Below, one piece after another: positions 36,620 through 49,010 of a stretch of DNA of 64,000 nucleotides. The DNA comes from Lama glama (taxonomy: Eukaryota): the NCBI GenBank assembly GCA_028534125.1, contig CM052817.1, forward strand, positions 97,156,001 through 97,220,000, read 5' to 3'. The first letter of the stretch is position 1, and the number at the start of each line of letters is the position of its first letter. The notes below the pieces were generated by a model that was given only the letters and a program-made list of their open reading frames with translations, searched no databases and was not told the DNA's origin. The translations under genes were made by a program, and so were the position numbers.

Positions 36620-37790
36620 ATATAAAGAGTAATCTTTGGAAAATAGTTTGGCATTATCTTAGAAAGTTCATCCATCTAAACCCCATGACCTAACCTTTGT
36701 GTTCCTATGTATATTCTTAACGTGAGGGAATCTTAGAAAATCATGTTAAATAAAAGAGAATGAGAAATACAGCATTGAAGCTGCTGCTCCTCTTAGGGTA
36801 GGGAGGGTGTGAGGTCGGGAGATGGGATGCAGGAATGAGCCCAGGACGGAGGCCTCCACATCAGCCATGCTGAAGTTCTTAAGTTAGGCGTGGGTTCCTG
36901 CTGTTTGTTGTATTATGATGATTTAGATGTTTGTCATTCATATTGTTTACATTATGCTAAAAAAAAATACCCCAAACTGAGAACAGATTCTGTTCTGGAG
37001 AAAGCACCTTACAAATTATTCTTGTCACTAGTTCACTGTCCTTGTTATGGGATGGTGAATCGGAAGGACATGAAAAACCACAGTGAGATTGTACCTTACA
37101 CTCATTAGGGTGGCTATTATCAAAAACTGACAAGTGCTGGCAAGGGTGTGCAGAAATTGGAACCCTTGTGCATGGCTGTTGGGAATGTAAAATGGTGCAG
37201 CTGCTGTGGAAAACAGCATGGCAGGTGTTCAAAAATCAGTCCTAGAATTACCATAGAGTCCAGTAATTCCTCTTCTGGGTAGAGACCTCAAAGACTCGAA
37301 AGCAGAAACTCAAACAGAAACTTGTACACACATGTCCGTAGCTGCATTATTCACAATAGCCAGAGGAGAAGCAACCCAAATGTCCTGTGACAGATGGATG
37401 GATGAACATTATGTGGTCTGTACATAGAAGAGCATATTCAGCCATGAAAGGAATGAAATTCTGACACACGCTCCAACCTGGATGAACCTGGAGCACGTTA
37501 TGCTAGGTGAGATAACCCAGACACTGAAGGACAAATGTTGTATGAGTCCACTGATATGAAATACTTACAAGAGGCACACTCTAGAGACAGAAAGTAGAAT
37601 AAAGGTTACTAGGAGCTCAGGGAAGGGGGAATGGGGAGTTAGGGTTTAATGGGTACAGAGTTTCAGTTTGGGAAGATGAAAAAGTTCTAAAAATGTATAT
37701 ACAGTTACTTAATGCCACTGACCTGTGCATTCAGAAATGGTTAAAATGGTTGATGTTACGTTATGTGTATTGTACCACAATTTAAAAAAA
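36620..37790 (+). mobile_element. Old L1M 3' fragments (L1MB/L1ME-like)
   Basis: gggaatgtaaaatggtgcagctgctgtggaaaacag, gcattattcacaatagcc, and gggtacagagtttcagtttgggaagatgaaaaagttct. Confidence 0.85.
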
Positions 37791-39129
37791 TGAAAGCAGG
37801 GAGCATTGATGTAGCTCATCATGTACTCATTGGGTCCGTACGGATGTGGGACTCGCCCAGGGCCACACAGCTGGGAGGTGGCCGGACAGGGTCTGTGGCA
37901 GAGGTGGTCCCCAGTGCGTGCTGAGGGGATGCTGTTCTGTCTGCCACGTGTCTGGGAGTGTTCAGTTTGCAGCCCCTTGGTGCGGGGCCTGGAGCTACCG
38001 ATCTGCCCTGTCCCCGCAGGAGATGGTGGCCAGGTGGCATCTGGACATCAGGGAATGAGGAGGAATTGTCCTCACTCCTTTCCCACGGTCACCACCTCCC
38101 GGAATGCTTGAGGCAGGGAGCTCCTTGGGCAGGACCCCTGGGCACCTTTCCCATGGAACCCAGCCCCCTTCCCTGATGGGCACTGAGCTCTGGTGGCATT
38201 GCCAGTGCAGGATTAAGTGACAGCCTTTAAAAATCCTGCCATGAGGACCGAGGTCAGGGTGAAGGTCAGTGACAGGACCAAGAAAGACACCTGGAGGGCG
38301 CAGCTCCCCTTCTCTTGTTTGTTCATCCTTTTGGCAAATGCTCACGGTCAGGCCCTGTGCCGGGGAACGCCGGCATCTTATGTTAGAGCCTGGGCGAGCC
38401 GGGAGAGTCCCTGTGCGTGTCTGTCTCACCCCCCTCCAACACACAGGGAGTGTGCAGGGTGCACATATGGGGGCTCTGACCTGGTCTTGGGTGTTGGGCG
38501 TGGGCTTGCGGGGGAGGGGCTACCTAGGCTGTAGCTGAAGGCTGAGGAGGTGTGGTCCAGGCAGAAGCGGGGCAGGAGAGCAGAGGAGCAGCACGCACAG
38601 GTCCGACTGCGGGCTGCTACACCGAGTGGGCTTCCAGCGCCATTGCTGAGTTGAAGAGGGCACTGAACAGTAATAGAACAGAGTGCACTGCACATAGTGA
38701 GAGAAGCATTGTCTTGGGACGTGTGTGTGTCAGGCATGTGTCTGTGTCCTCAGTATCAGTCCTGTGGTCGTCGTGGCTCTGAGGGCTTGTGACCATGGCT
38801 GCCGCGTGCAGCCAGCCCCTGGGCTGGTCAGCTGGGCCAGCCCACCTCTCCCCTTTGTCCTAGGCATGTGGCCACCGCGTCTGCTCCTGGCTGTGGCCAT
38901 GGCCACAGCTGGGGGCCATTTAGTGCTCCCCAGCCCTGGTGACAAGTGCTGGGACCCAGTGCCCTTTGCCATCCAGCCCACAGTCATCCTCTATGTACCC
39001 GTCATGGCTGCTTATGGAACGTGCAGTGTGCCAGGTGCTGTGCCCTGGTGTGGAAGCCCTCGCCTTGCCCTCAGGAGCCCCCCATCCAGGGTGGCAGTCA
39101 GACAAGAGCCCAGACAAGGACAGTCAGGC

Positions 39130-39550
39130 CTGTAAGTGCTGAGAATGGCTGAGGCAGATTCCCTGGAGGAGAAGGCATCTAGAGTTATCTAAAAAGGAAG
39201 AATTCCCCAGTGAAGAAGTGGCAGAAAGGTATGTCAGTAGAAGGCACTGCATGTGCAAAGGCCCAGAGGCACGGTCGGGGATATCTTCAGATGATTCCCT
39301 GCCTGTGACCCAGATGCTGTGCTTTGGGGCAGAGTAAGGTGAAGCTGGGGAGGTGGCAGGGCCAGGTGCCTGTGTGCCAGACTCATGGAAGCTTGGGTTT
39401 GTTCCTGCAGATGGTGGACTTTAAGCAGGGGGATGCTGTGCTCAGTTGTGCATTCTGGAAAGTTCACTGCGCTCCTTTGTGCAGTGTGGGTTGGAAGGAG
39501 CCCGACTGGAAGCTGGGGGACCAGTTAGGAGGCTGTGATGGCCAGGGGGC
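39130..39550 (-). mobile_element. L2 LINE remnant
   Basis: gcatgtgcaaaggcccagaggca...gactttaagcaggggga...gggggaccagttaggaggct. Confidence 0.55.
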
Positions 39551-39711
39551 ACCTATAAATAACTCTTGGGAAGATTTGTACCCAGACATCCCAGAAGTGG
39601 CCCCTGTTTGGTATTGGTTGAACCTTTGAGGTGCTGAGCCGTATAGTGAACGCACAGGAAGCAAGTACTCTGGGGGCAAGTTGGTAAAAAGGGATTTCTC
39701 TTCCTTTTCAG

Positions 39712-39800
39712 TGCAAACGTCAAGGGAACCTGGCTGGCTGGAAGGGACTTTGAATGGCAAGAGGGGGCTGATCCCACAGAACTACGTCAAGCTGCTGTAG
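39712..39800 (+). CDS. ARHGAP10: ARHGAP10 terminal coding exon, C-terminal half of SH3 and stop codon
   Basis: Acceptor ttctcttccttttcAG|TG. Translates (V)QTSREPGWLEGTLNGKRGLIPQNYVKLL, with TAG at 39798-39800. Contains the SH3 GW and GLIPxNYV motifs. Confidence 0.97.
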
Positions 39801-40445
39801 TGCTGGGCCCGTGGGGGCCCCCCGCGCAGACCCTGGCCCCCAAGGACCTGCCTGGGGGCAGCAAGCTGCCGTCTTCCTCCTGGGCGGAACCCACAGCCGC
39901 CTGGACACGCAGGAATGACAGATCACAGATGGCCACTCCAGGGCCGGGGGTGGGGGGGACACTGCTCGAGGTGGGGGGAGGGAGATGCCCTGCACAGAAT
40001 CTTGCAGGTCTGTGCGGCGGAGAGGAGTGTCAGGATTAACAGGACAGACTTTTCATTTGTCAAGCCTTGGGACTTGTGGTCTTTAATTATCTGGTTTGGA
40101 GAGCGAGAGAGGGAGGACAGCCTTCTGCCGGCCCACCTCTCCCACCGGTGGCCGCACCCCCAGACACCTCCCCACTCACCTGCCGCCAGATGGGAAAGGG
40201 AGCTGTGCTGGCTGGATGCGCTCGCGCTCAGCTCTGGAGGCTGCTGCTGGCGGCGGGCGATGCATTGATCTAAACCCAGACACTCCTCCCCGGATGGCTG
40301 CTCTGGGGACCCCATGCTCACTGAACTTCAGGCACCGGCGGATTCACAGCAGGCTTCTCCGTGCTGCTCACCTGTGTGCTTCCAGACACCCCCTTTCTGC
40401 CCCAAGTTGTCTGTACATGAAATAAAACAGAATTTACTCTTGGAT
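39801..40445 (+). other. ARHGAP10: ARHGAP10 3'UTR (end approximate)
   Basis: Runs from the stop codon to about 20 nt past the first canonical AATAAA. Confidence 0.75.
40421..40426 (+). terminator. ARHGAP10 polyadenylation signal AATAAA
   Basis: ctgTACATGA-AATAAA: a TGTA (CFIm-type) element lies just upstream and T/GT-rich sequence lies downstream. Confidence 0.8.
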
Positions 40446-40718
40446 CTGTGTCCTACCGCGGGGAAGAGATTGTGGATTCCCTCCCTCTGTACCATGTCAT
40501 GGTTTGGCAGCCCCCGATGGAAACTCACTTTCCTCTGAGGTTGGTCCATGCTCACAGGTAGAACCGATGAATGAGGAGCCTTGCTTATTCGGAGCAGAGT
40601 GTGTTTCTGGAGTCAGCGGCCTCTCTGGTGTGTGAAATCCCGGCAGACACCCCTCTAGCCGCCTGGACGGACGTTTCCCCGTGACCTGCGTGAGTCCTGA
40701 CCAGGATGGGGCCGTGGC

Positions 40719-40733
40719 GCTGCCCCCTAGGGG
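40719..40733 (-). promoter_or_regulatory. Candidate CTCF site about 300 bp downstream of the ARHGAP10 poly(A) signal
   Basis: Minus strand CCCCTAGGGGGCAGC, one mismatch from CCACTAGGGGGCAGC. Confidence 0.4.
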
Positions 40734-42839
40734 TTTGGGTGTGGGCTGTGGAGGCCAGCCCTCCCTGCCAGCCTCAGTATGTCACTGTGTCCTCACCCCA
40801 CCCTCACTCCCTCTGTTTTCCAGGCCTCAGCGCTAATCTCTCCATCCAGGTTGAGCCGGGCTGCAGGGAGCAGGTCAGGCATTCGGACTCTTCCTGGAGG
40901 AGCCCCTGCCATGCCTGGGCCCCGCCCTGATGCTGCTTCCCCTGTCTTCCAGCCTCCGAGTCGCAGGCATAGTCGCAGCCTCTCCTGGAAGTAGAGGACT
41001 TCTCTGTCCCCAGTCTGGAGTCCCTGCAACGTGGAGCTTGTTTTTAGGGGCCTCAGGATTCTGAAGCCGGGTCTGCTCTGGGGTCTGGCACGTCTCTCTT
41101 CCCTATGGGAGTCTCCTCGGCCCATCGGAGTTCTCCCCTAAGATTATCACAAAGGATGTGTCTGTCTCCTCTTCCCCAGGTGAGATGATTCAAGAGCACT
41201 GGTGATCAGATTGGAAGCTGCCTCCCCTGGACCATGTGAGGTGTCAAGTTTGGGGTCAGGTGTGCACAGGGAAATAGGCCTGTTGAAAAGTATCCTTGTT
41301 CTACATAGCGGTAAGGACAGTCTCCGTGCAGTGTAATTAAAGTACTGAACTGGGGCCCGGTGGAGAGCACTGGCACCGCTGAGGGGCCCAGGGCCTCAGG
41401 ACAGTGACCAGCCCTGAGCCGAGGGCTGGACCTGGCTAGGAGGTGAGGGTGTGGCAGAATCCCCAGTGTCCTCTGAGTTATACTTCCAGCCCGTGCCCGC
41501 TGCTTAGGGACGTAGAGGGGAGACTTGGCCGGTGAGAGACTTGGCTTGTGACAGACTTTCCCATTTCTCTGGGAAAATGCAAGCCTGTGGGCAGTTACAG
41601 GGAGTGGGGCCAGGTGAGCGCTGGGAGTGAGTCCAGGCAGTGTTCTGAACTGGTGTGTATCCACAGTGTGTATCCCAGAATGGGGGATTCTGGGACTTGG
41701 TTCCTTTACCTGCCTGAGGAAGATTCCGTCATTCACAGGTGCCCCCCACCTGCTGTTGCCCCCAAACTGTTGTCTGCTGCCAAAGTGTGTTTGTCACCAC
41801 TCACGTGGCCATGGAGGTTTCTGCTAAGTCTGGCTACTCGTGTGGTTTTGGACAAATTAAGTTGACTATGATTCTGCCACTGCCTCCTAAGAAGACAACA
41901 GTACTTGGAGGTTTGGGGTCGAAGTGACTGAATGTAAGTAGCGTGCCCTGTACTTGGTACGTGCTCAGTTAGTGGGCAGTGCTGTTCCCTGTGCTGTTCC
42001 TACTGTGGTTCACCTGTATTTCTGTCATCAGGGACATCTGGGTGCTGTAGGATGACAGGGGGGTGGGAATGAAGCCTCAGACAGGGCTGGCTGCGAGGGC
42101 TCCCCCAACCCCCGTCCCCCGCTGCAGACCCCTCCTGTGGTGGTTCCAAGAACAGGGTGGCGCCAGAGGGGAGCCGGCGGAGGGGTGTCTTCCTCTGCCT
42201 ATAGGATCGGTGTGGCCGGGCCGGCCAAGGCCCCTGGCCGGGGGGCTTCCCTTTGGTCCAGGCCCAGAGGCTGCTTTGTGATGGGGTCAGGAGCTGTTCT
42301 CTTCCACTGGCAGAACTTCATTTCTCCAGGTGAGAAGTGGAGCAGTGGGGAAGGGGTATTTTTCCTGTGTTTTTGCTGCATGGGGGCGGCTGATCCCCTG
42401 AGCATGTTGCTCAGGGCCCCCCTTGGTTTAGACCAGGTCTCAGCCTGTGTTCTCCCAGAGGCACGATGGGTGGGGGTGGGGCCCTCTGGGCAAGAGAGGA
42501 TGCTCAGGGCCCTGGCATGTGATGGTGTCACCAAGGGCTGGCCCTGGGGTGTCTCTGTGCTTGTAAAAGAGATGCCAGGTGAGAACAGAGCCAAATGGCC
42601 TATGGGAGCTGTAACCTGCGCAGACACATCTGCAGCTGGGGGTACGGGTGGGGAGGGCAGTGGAGCGTCTGTGCCCATGGTGGGCATTCGCCTCATTCTT
42701 TCCTCACTGGGACTGACTGAGCCGGGGGAGTGATCCCATTTTAATGGAAGCTTTCACGAACGAAGAGCTTTGTTCAGGTTCAATAAGCTAGTCAGATGTT
42801 CTTTCTGCTCTACTGTCCTGCCTCTGGGGGCCTGTAGGA

Positions 42840-43268
42840 GCTATGAGTTGAGTTGTGCCCCCTACCCTGCCTTTTACAAAATTCATTTGTTGAAGTCCTA
42901 ACTGCCCCCCACCCCGGACCTCAGAATATGACCTCATTTGGCACACAGGATCATTGCAGATGTAATTAGTTAAGATGAGGTCTCTAGGGTTGGTAATCCA
43001 GGATGACTGGTGTCCTTCTAAAGAGGGGAGATTTGGGCGCTGAGACAAGCAGAGAGGGAAGGGAGTACAAAGAGACACAGGGAGAAGGTGGCCATGTGTG
43101 AGCCAAGGAGAGGGAGCCTTGGAATAGATCCTCCTCATGGTCTTCAGAAGGAACCATCCCTGATGATCTTAGACTTCTAGCCTCCCAAACTGGGAGACAG
43201 GACCTTTCTGTTGTTTTTCAGCTACCCAGTTTGTAGTACCTCGTGACGGTAGTTCTAGGAAACTAAAA
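42840..43268 (+). mobile_element. MLT1A/B-like (MaLR) solo LTR in the intergenic space
   Basis: ctatgagttgagttgtgcccc...aaattcatttgttgaagtcctaa...gcagatgtaattagttaagatgagg...gacttctagcctcc...ctacccagtttgtagtac. Confidence 0.85.
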
Positions 43269-43339
43269 TGGGCTAAAAGTGCGTGTTTTGAGTTAAAAAA
43301 CAACCACCTATTGTAAAATCCTATTTTCATTATTTTATA

Positions 43340-43465
43340 CCTTAGTGACCTTGGGCAAGTTCACTTGACCTCGTTATGCTTCACTTTCCTTCCGTGAAAT
43401 GGAGAGAGTGGTACCAACCTCCCTGTGATGTTGTGACAAATGATGCTGTTAAGTGCCTGAAGCAT
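43340..43465 (+). mobile_element. MIR SINE
   Basis: gtgaccttgggcaagttcacttgacctc...ttcactttccttccgtgaaatgg. Confidence 0.7.
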
Positions 43466-44401
43466 ACAAGGCGAGAGAGATGATTTAGTAAACGGGGGAG
43501 GTGGGAGGAGGGAGCTGGCAAGGTACGTGGTGGGGGAGGGGGTCAGTCTCTGTCCCTCTTCTCATCTCCAGCCACCCTCTGCTTGCCTCCAGCGTACCAT
43601 CGCCAAGGCTGTGCCTACATCGTTCGGCCTTTCCCTGCCTTCCTAAGTGCGCATCTTGCCTCTTTCATCTTAGTTTTGTCTTTGCTCCCCATTCGCTTCA
43701 GTTCTGAGCCCCTTTCCAACTTCTTCCTGGTCCTCCCCTCGAGTCTCTCAGCCAGTCTCAGTGACTCCTTCCTCAGCCAGATGTTTTCCAAGGCCCTTCA
43801 GATCTTCTTGAGCCACCCAACTTTCTTTCCTCCCTCCTGCTGGAGGAAGTTATTCCAGGAGAGTGTCCTCAAACAGCTTCCCTGGTCCTAGTTCTGCAAA
43901 TGTCTTCTCCGATGCTTGTCAGCACTCTTTTTCCTTGCCTGGCCTGGGCAGTAATTTATTGCTGCCCCATCTGGGTAAACTGGCACATGCTCCTAATGCT
44001 TTAATGTCTGGGCTAAAAGTGTCTCAATCTGCTGGGTAGACTATCTTGGAGAATTCTTTCCTATCAGAAGATCAGCTTGATTGGAAAGCAGATTTTTGAT
44101 TCTTGTCCAAACAAGAGACATGCGCTTTGGACTCGGGCAGTAAGTGCATGGGATTCATTTCGGCAGCTGGGTCCCATGCATTAGTGTCTGGATTTTTCCT
44201 TCCTTGGTGGGTTTGGCAGCTGAGGAAACACTGCAGGCGGAATAGCTCGGGGGAGTGGGTGGAGCACGACTCGACTCAGCTCAAGCCAGTTTTCACTAGC
44301 GCCACGACCGACCCTCACTGGCCCAGGGCGTAATAGGTTTTTCAGAGCACGGAAAACTTGACAATCACTGTTTTGGCAACAAAGTCTGAAAAAATACCTA
44401 A

Positions 44402-44818
44402 TGTGAGTGGTACGTGGGTTGAATGATCCCAAATTTCACCCCTTCTTCTGTGAAGCCCTCCCACGCTGACACTGGCCTTGACCTTGTAACTGGCTTTGGC
44501 CGTTGGGACAGAGGCTGACTTGATGCAATCAAGGGCTTGAAAAGTGCTATCTATACCTTTCAGCAGTCTCTCTTAGAGCCTTGCTTCTACCATGAATATA
44601 TGCCCAGGCTAGCCTGCTGGAGGATGTGAGGCCCCATGGAGCACAACCATCCCAGACCAGCTGGGTGCAGGCTGCCCACAGAAGCGTGACCGGCCCGACC
44701 CACCTGAGCCTGGCCTCATCAGCAGAACCCCACACCCACTACCCTGCCTGCTAACTCGTGAGAAATCACAAACGATGGTTGATTTAAACCACTCAGTTTT
44801 GGGATGTCTTGCTATTCT
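44402..44818 (+). mobile_element. Older MLT1-type (MaLR) LTR
   Basis: gaccttgtaactggctttggcc...ggcttgaaaagtgct...cccaggctagcctgctggaggatg...tttaaaccactcagttttggg. Confidence 0.7.
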
Positions 44819-46261
44819 GCCCCATCACTGACTTTGCTTTGGATCGAGTCTTGGCCTATGCTGGATGTTAAGATCTTATCTTAATCTTTTCTTATCCAAT
44901 GCTGTTGGGAAGCCACTTGTTTTATTTCCAAGAAAATTGCTGTACCAGCAACTGGATGACTTGAAATTCAAGTGCCGGAGATACTTGTAATCAAGTCATT
45001 TTGGTCTGTTGTACACTTGCAGTTTCTAGTTTATCAGAAAGTACGTTGGAGCTGACTTTAACATAAAGGAACAATGTTTTCTATTTGCCTGAGGGACATT
45101 CATCATTCAGACGCAAACTCCTAATTATATATGCATCACTATGCATAATTTTTACTGCTTTGGTATACAGTGTGGCTGGCTGTCTCAGTGGCCGACACTT
45201 CGTTCTTAGTGATTACTAAATGTGTAGCTGGATTCTTTGGGCCTGAGAGCACTTCTAGACATTCTTAGAAACATAGTCACACTTGACCCAAGGCTGAGCC
45301 TGCTTTATTCAGGAAGGGCGCCTGCTTTAACCAAGGGTGCACATCGGTGGAACCTCCCACCCACAAGCTCGGCAGCCTCACAGTCCTTGATGTCTTGTTT
45401 GAAGTGAGGGGCTCTCTGTGGAAAGCCCTACTCCCTGGTAGGTCAGACTGCATACAGTTTAAGATACAAATTTTCCTTCATTCATAATAGATGTTTTACA
45501 AATTGATGCACACAACTCAAAAGGTTTTTAAATGAATTTTTATTTTCCTGGGCTATGTTTTGTTTCATGGCCATGTTGTGTTTCAGAAATATATCAGCTG
45601 TGTTAAAGTGAAGTTGTGTTTAACTCTCAAAGAGTCTTCTGGTTTGACTGATCACATTAAAAATGGACACGAATTTCTCTTGTGGGAGGTATTTTCTAGG
45701 TTTTAAACGAGCTGATAATTGCGTACTGCTCTTTTGTGGTCCCTATTAATGAGTGCGATCTAGCGGAGCAGCCTGCAAGGACTGTGAGCTGCATTGCGGC
45801 TGTTGGGCAATTGAGTCTCTTGATAACCCAAGAGGACCTGGAGCAAGACTCCACTGCATGCAGGAAGAGCTGGGAATGAGATGGGACATCTGGTCTACTC
45901 AGGTGAGTCTCAAAGTCTGTAAAATGAACAAGCGTCCACATGGTTGGAAAGATAAATGAGTCCATGTACATACAGTGTTTAGCAGGGACATGGGAAGCAA
46001 TCACTGTTACAAAATTGTTACAGGGTACTTCAGGGAGCCAAGTATCAGCAGTAAGAAACACGACATCTAGCCAGTCCCCAAAGAGGATGATTAATATGTG
46101 GCTAACACAGGGCTTTCTAACATGGGGGAAAAATGGTGACTCCATCTTGGGTATAGGCAGACAGGCATGTAATCAAGATTTTAGAAGGGCACAAAATCCA
46201 CGTGTTCCTACAGACGTTCAAATGAATTGTTTCCAAAACAACAGGTGATTAAAGTAAAGGA

Positions 46262-46267
46262 TTTATT
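46262..46267 (-). terminator. NR3C2 distal polyadenylation signal AATAAA
   Basis: mRNA sense reads ...ctgtaagcagattatAATAAAtcctttactttaatcacctgttgttttgg, with TGTA upstream and a GT-rich element downstream. Confidence 0.75.
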
Positions 46268-46490
46268 ATAATCTGCTTACAGTCCTTTGCAAAGACAGAC
46301 ATATGTTTTTGCATAAAGATATAAATTGCTTCATTTTAAACTAATTTAGTGTGTTCTTTTTAATTATATGAAGAAGTTTTGGTGAATTATGAATTGTACC
46401 AAACCAAGATTTTTTAAGAGCAATATGGTACAAAAATAAGAGCAGACAGACAATTTGGACTGGGACAGGCATTCAACAGTGAATTTAGAA

Positions 46491-46498
46491 TATGGCTT
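46491..46498 (-). promoter_or_regulatory. Second miR-135 8mer seed site in the NR3C2 3'UTR
   Basis: Plus strand TATGGCTT. Confidence 0.6.
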
Positions 46499-47832
46499 TG
46501 CTGTTTGACCAAGCAAAGTTACCCGGAGACACACAAAGAGCCAGTAACTTTGTTAATAGAAAAAGCTGATGCAGACCGTCTCTATCCCAAATCTGGTTAG
46601 GTGGCAATTCTGATTTCGTAAAAAGTCAGTCTAGCTAAAAGCTGCTCTGGTTAAACCATTTCTTTTCTAGAAACTCCCAGTCTGCATGCTGTGTATTCAT
46701 CACCTTCCGAGTGTGACTTTCATATTGCTGTGCATGTAAGTTGACGGTATTTAAAGATCTGCTTATAAATTAAATTCCTGAAATTGCAAATTAGGTAAGA
46801 AAAACTCCTCCGTCTGAGTGCAGCTCTCACAGGTTCCCCCGTGCGTAAGGCAGGCGTCTTCCAAAAGACAAGGTAATGTTGCCCGCATGGTGAACCCTGG
46901 GAAAAAGTGTTGACCCTAACGCTGCCTTCTCCCGGCCCTGGGCTTCTTCTGCTACAACTTTTAGGTTTTGGAAAATAATACAGTTTCACTGAGTACCTGA
47001 TGATTATCATCATTTTTAAAAGATTAATTTGGCCTCTATTCAAAGTAGTTTATTTAGTGCAATCATATTAAGTTTCCCCAAAGATATATATGTTTGTGAT
47101 TTGGGGTAAGAGAAAAGCCATAAATTGCATCAGTGCCAAACAGATTAGTGAATTAAAAATTTTTAGTGCCACTGTCTTGCTTCTATGATCTGTACTTTTT
47201 TTTCCCCCCTGAAACTGTTTATGTATAAAATTGATTTTTAAAACCTACCTTTTAAAAATCTAAAAACCCTATGGTGATCATGCGGTCTCCACGCTGTCCC
47301 AACTGAACTGTGCCAGAAAGCATCTTCTCAGTGTGTCCTGCTGTGACCTACGTGTTCCCATGACCAGTTCCCCGAGTGCAAAGCCCCCTTCCCAGACCGG
47401 AAGTGAACATTTCACCTTCTGCAGGCATACAGAGTGTGTGGAATTTCTTTCCCCCCCCAAAGGAGAAAACTTGATTTTTCTGAAGTGGGACGAGGAGACG
47501 CACTCTGAGCCATCGCGTCTCCAGTCTCACTCTCCTGGAGTGGATTCTGCTTCTGGAGGAAAAAAGGAAAAGAGACAGCTTTTCCAAAGCTGGCACTCCC
47601 AGGACATCCTCTCATGGGTGTGCTGGCAAATGACGCCTTCAGGGAGCTGCAGGTGCCACCATGCGCCGTCCCCGATGGAGGGAGGATGGAGCAGAAGCCG
47701 GAAAACGTGCTCGAGTCCCACGAACACCAAAGGTACAGAAAGAGTAGAAAGGCTTAAAGACAACCGAAGAGGTCTAAGTGTGGTTATTTACAACAGAGAC
47801 TGTAAAATGGTAAATTAGATATGAAGCTAAAA

Positions 47833-47839
47833 AAGGCAC
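47833..47839 (-). promoter_or_regulatory. miR-124 7mer-m8 site (GTGCCTT) in the NR3C2 3'UTR
   Basis: Plus strand AAGGCAC. Further 7mer-A1 sites (TAAGGCA) lie at 48780-48786 and 46846-46852. miR-124 is a reported NR3C2 regulator. Confidence 0.6.
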
Positions 47840-48402
47840 AGCTTTCCCTTTCTTAAATACACTGTAAACGGTTCATGGTGCATGCAGAACATTTCACTTT
47901 ACAAAAAAAATTTTTTTTTACCTTGTTTGTTTAGACAAAGATAGTACTTAAATAGTCTCCAGCAAAATAGAATTCTTTCAAAAATACTTTCCCATTCATC
48001 CTATTAACCATTAAAGTTTTTTTTTTTCATATGTGTCTCATTTACAAAAGTTCCTTATACCTTATTTTAGGTCCTTCACAATTTTATACATACAGTAATG
48101 TACAGCACAGCAAAAGACTGCAAAAATTATTTGTAAAGCCAACACAATAGATACTAGAAATTGAAACCAAGGCATTTGTTTTAACATCTTACCCATTCTA
48201 ATTAAATAATAAGTGGACGCTAGAGGGTGTGGGTACCAGTGATGCAGAAAGACGTGGGCAGGGAAGAGCCCTGGATGGGGCCGCTAGTCCAGTCCACGTG
48301 CTCTGTTATTACACAACAGGAATCTGTATATGTTTTTCTTTTTTTTGTTGTTTTTTTAAATAACAAAAGAATATTAATGCCCCATATTGACTATACGTTT
48401 TA

Positions 48403-48410
48403 TGTGCAAA
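48403..48410 (-). promoter_or_regulatory. miR-19 8mer site (TTTGCACA) in the NR3C2 3'UTR
   Basis: Plus strand TGTGCAAA. Seed match only. Confidence 0.45.
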
Positions 48411-48539
48411 CCAAGGGTGAGTTTGAAAAAGTTCGTTAGTCCTTGAACTCTTAAAACAAGCGAACGATACCAGAAACTACATGGCAGAGTTAAAACTTCC
48501 ATCTGTTAAAATATCAAAATCAGAGAGTTATTGACTAGA

Positions 48540-48547
48540 TATGGCTT
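48540..48547 (-). promoter_or_regulatory. miR-135 8mer seed site (AAGCCATA) in the NR3C2 3'UTR
   Basis: Plus strand TATGGCTT, an exact 8mer. miR-135a regulation of NR3C2 has been reported. Confidence 0.65.
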
Positions 48548-48812
48548 TTCATCCAGAGGAACAGGAACGTGTTTCTAAGCGCTGGGAGGTTGGAGAGGGA
48601 AGAACTCCTCAGACTGCACAGGTGTCGCCAAATCCACGTCACCCTGCTCGCCCACCTCCGAACCCTGGACGTGATTTTTCAACTTGAGAAACTGCTGAAC
48701 AAGTGGGAATCAACCATCCTGTGTTAAAAATGTGATTTTTCTTGGGTCCTTTGTAGGTGTGGAATAACACGGGGAAACTTAAGGCAAAGTTCTCTTGGTG
48801 GGACGTCTCCCG

Positions 48813-49010
<198 letters not shown>

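Larger units (their letters stand above)
46245..48812 (-). other. NR3C2: NR3C2 3'UTR (about 2.55 kb; end approximate)
   Basis: AT-rich, repeat-free stretch from the stop codon to a canonical AATAAA that is followed by a GT-rich downstream element. Confidence 0.8.

Noticed and set aside
36980..36996. AGAACA-gattc-TGTTCT, perfect steroid-response half-sites
   Set aside because: The spacer is 5 nt rather than the 3 nt needed for MR/GR dimers, and it sits between L1 fragments.
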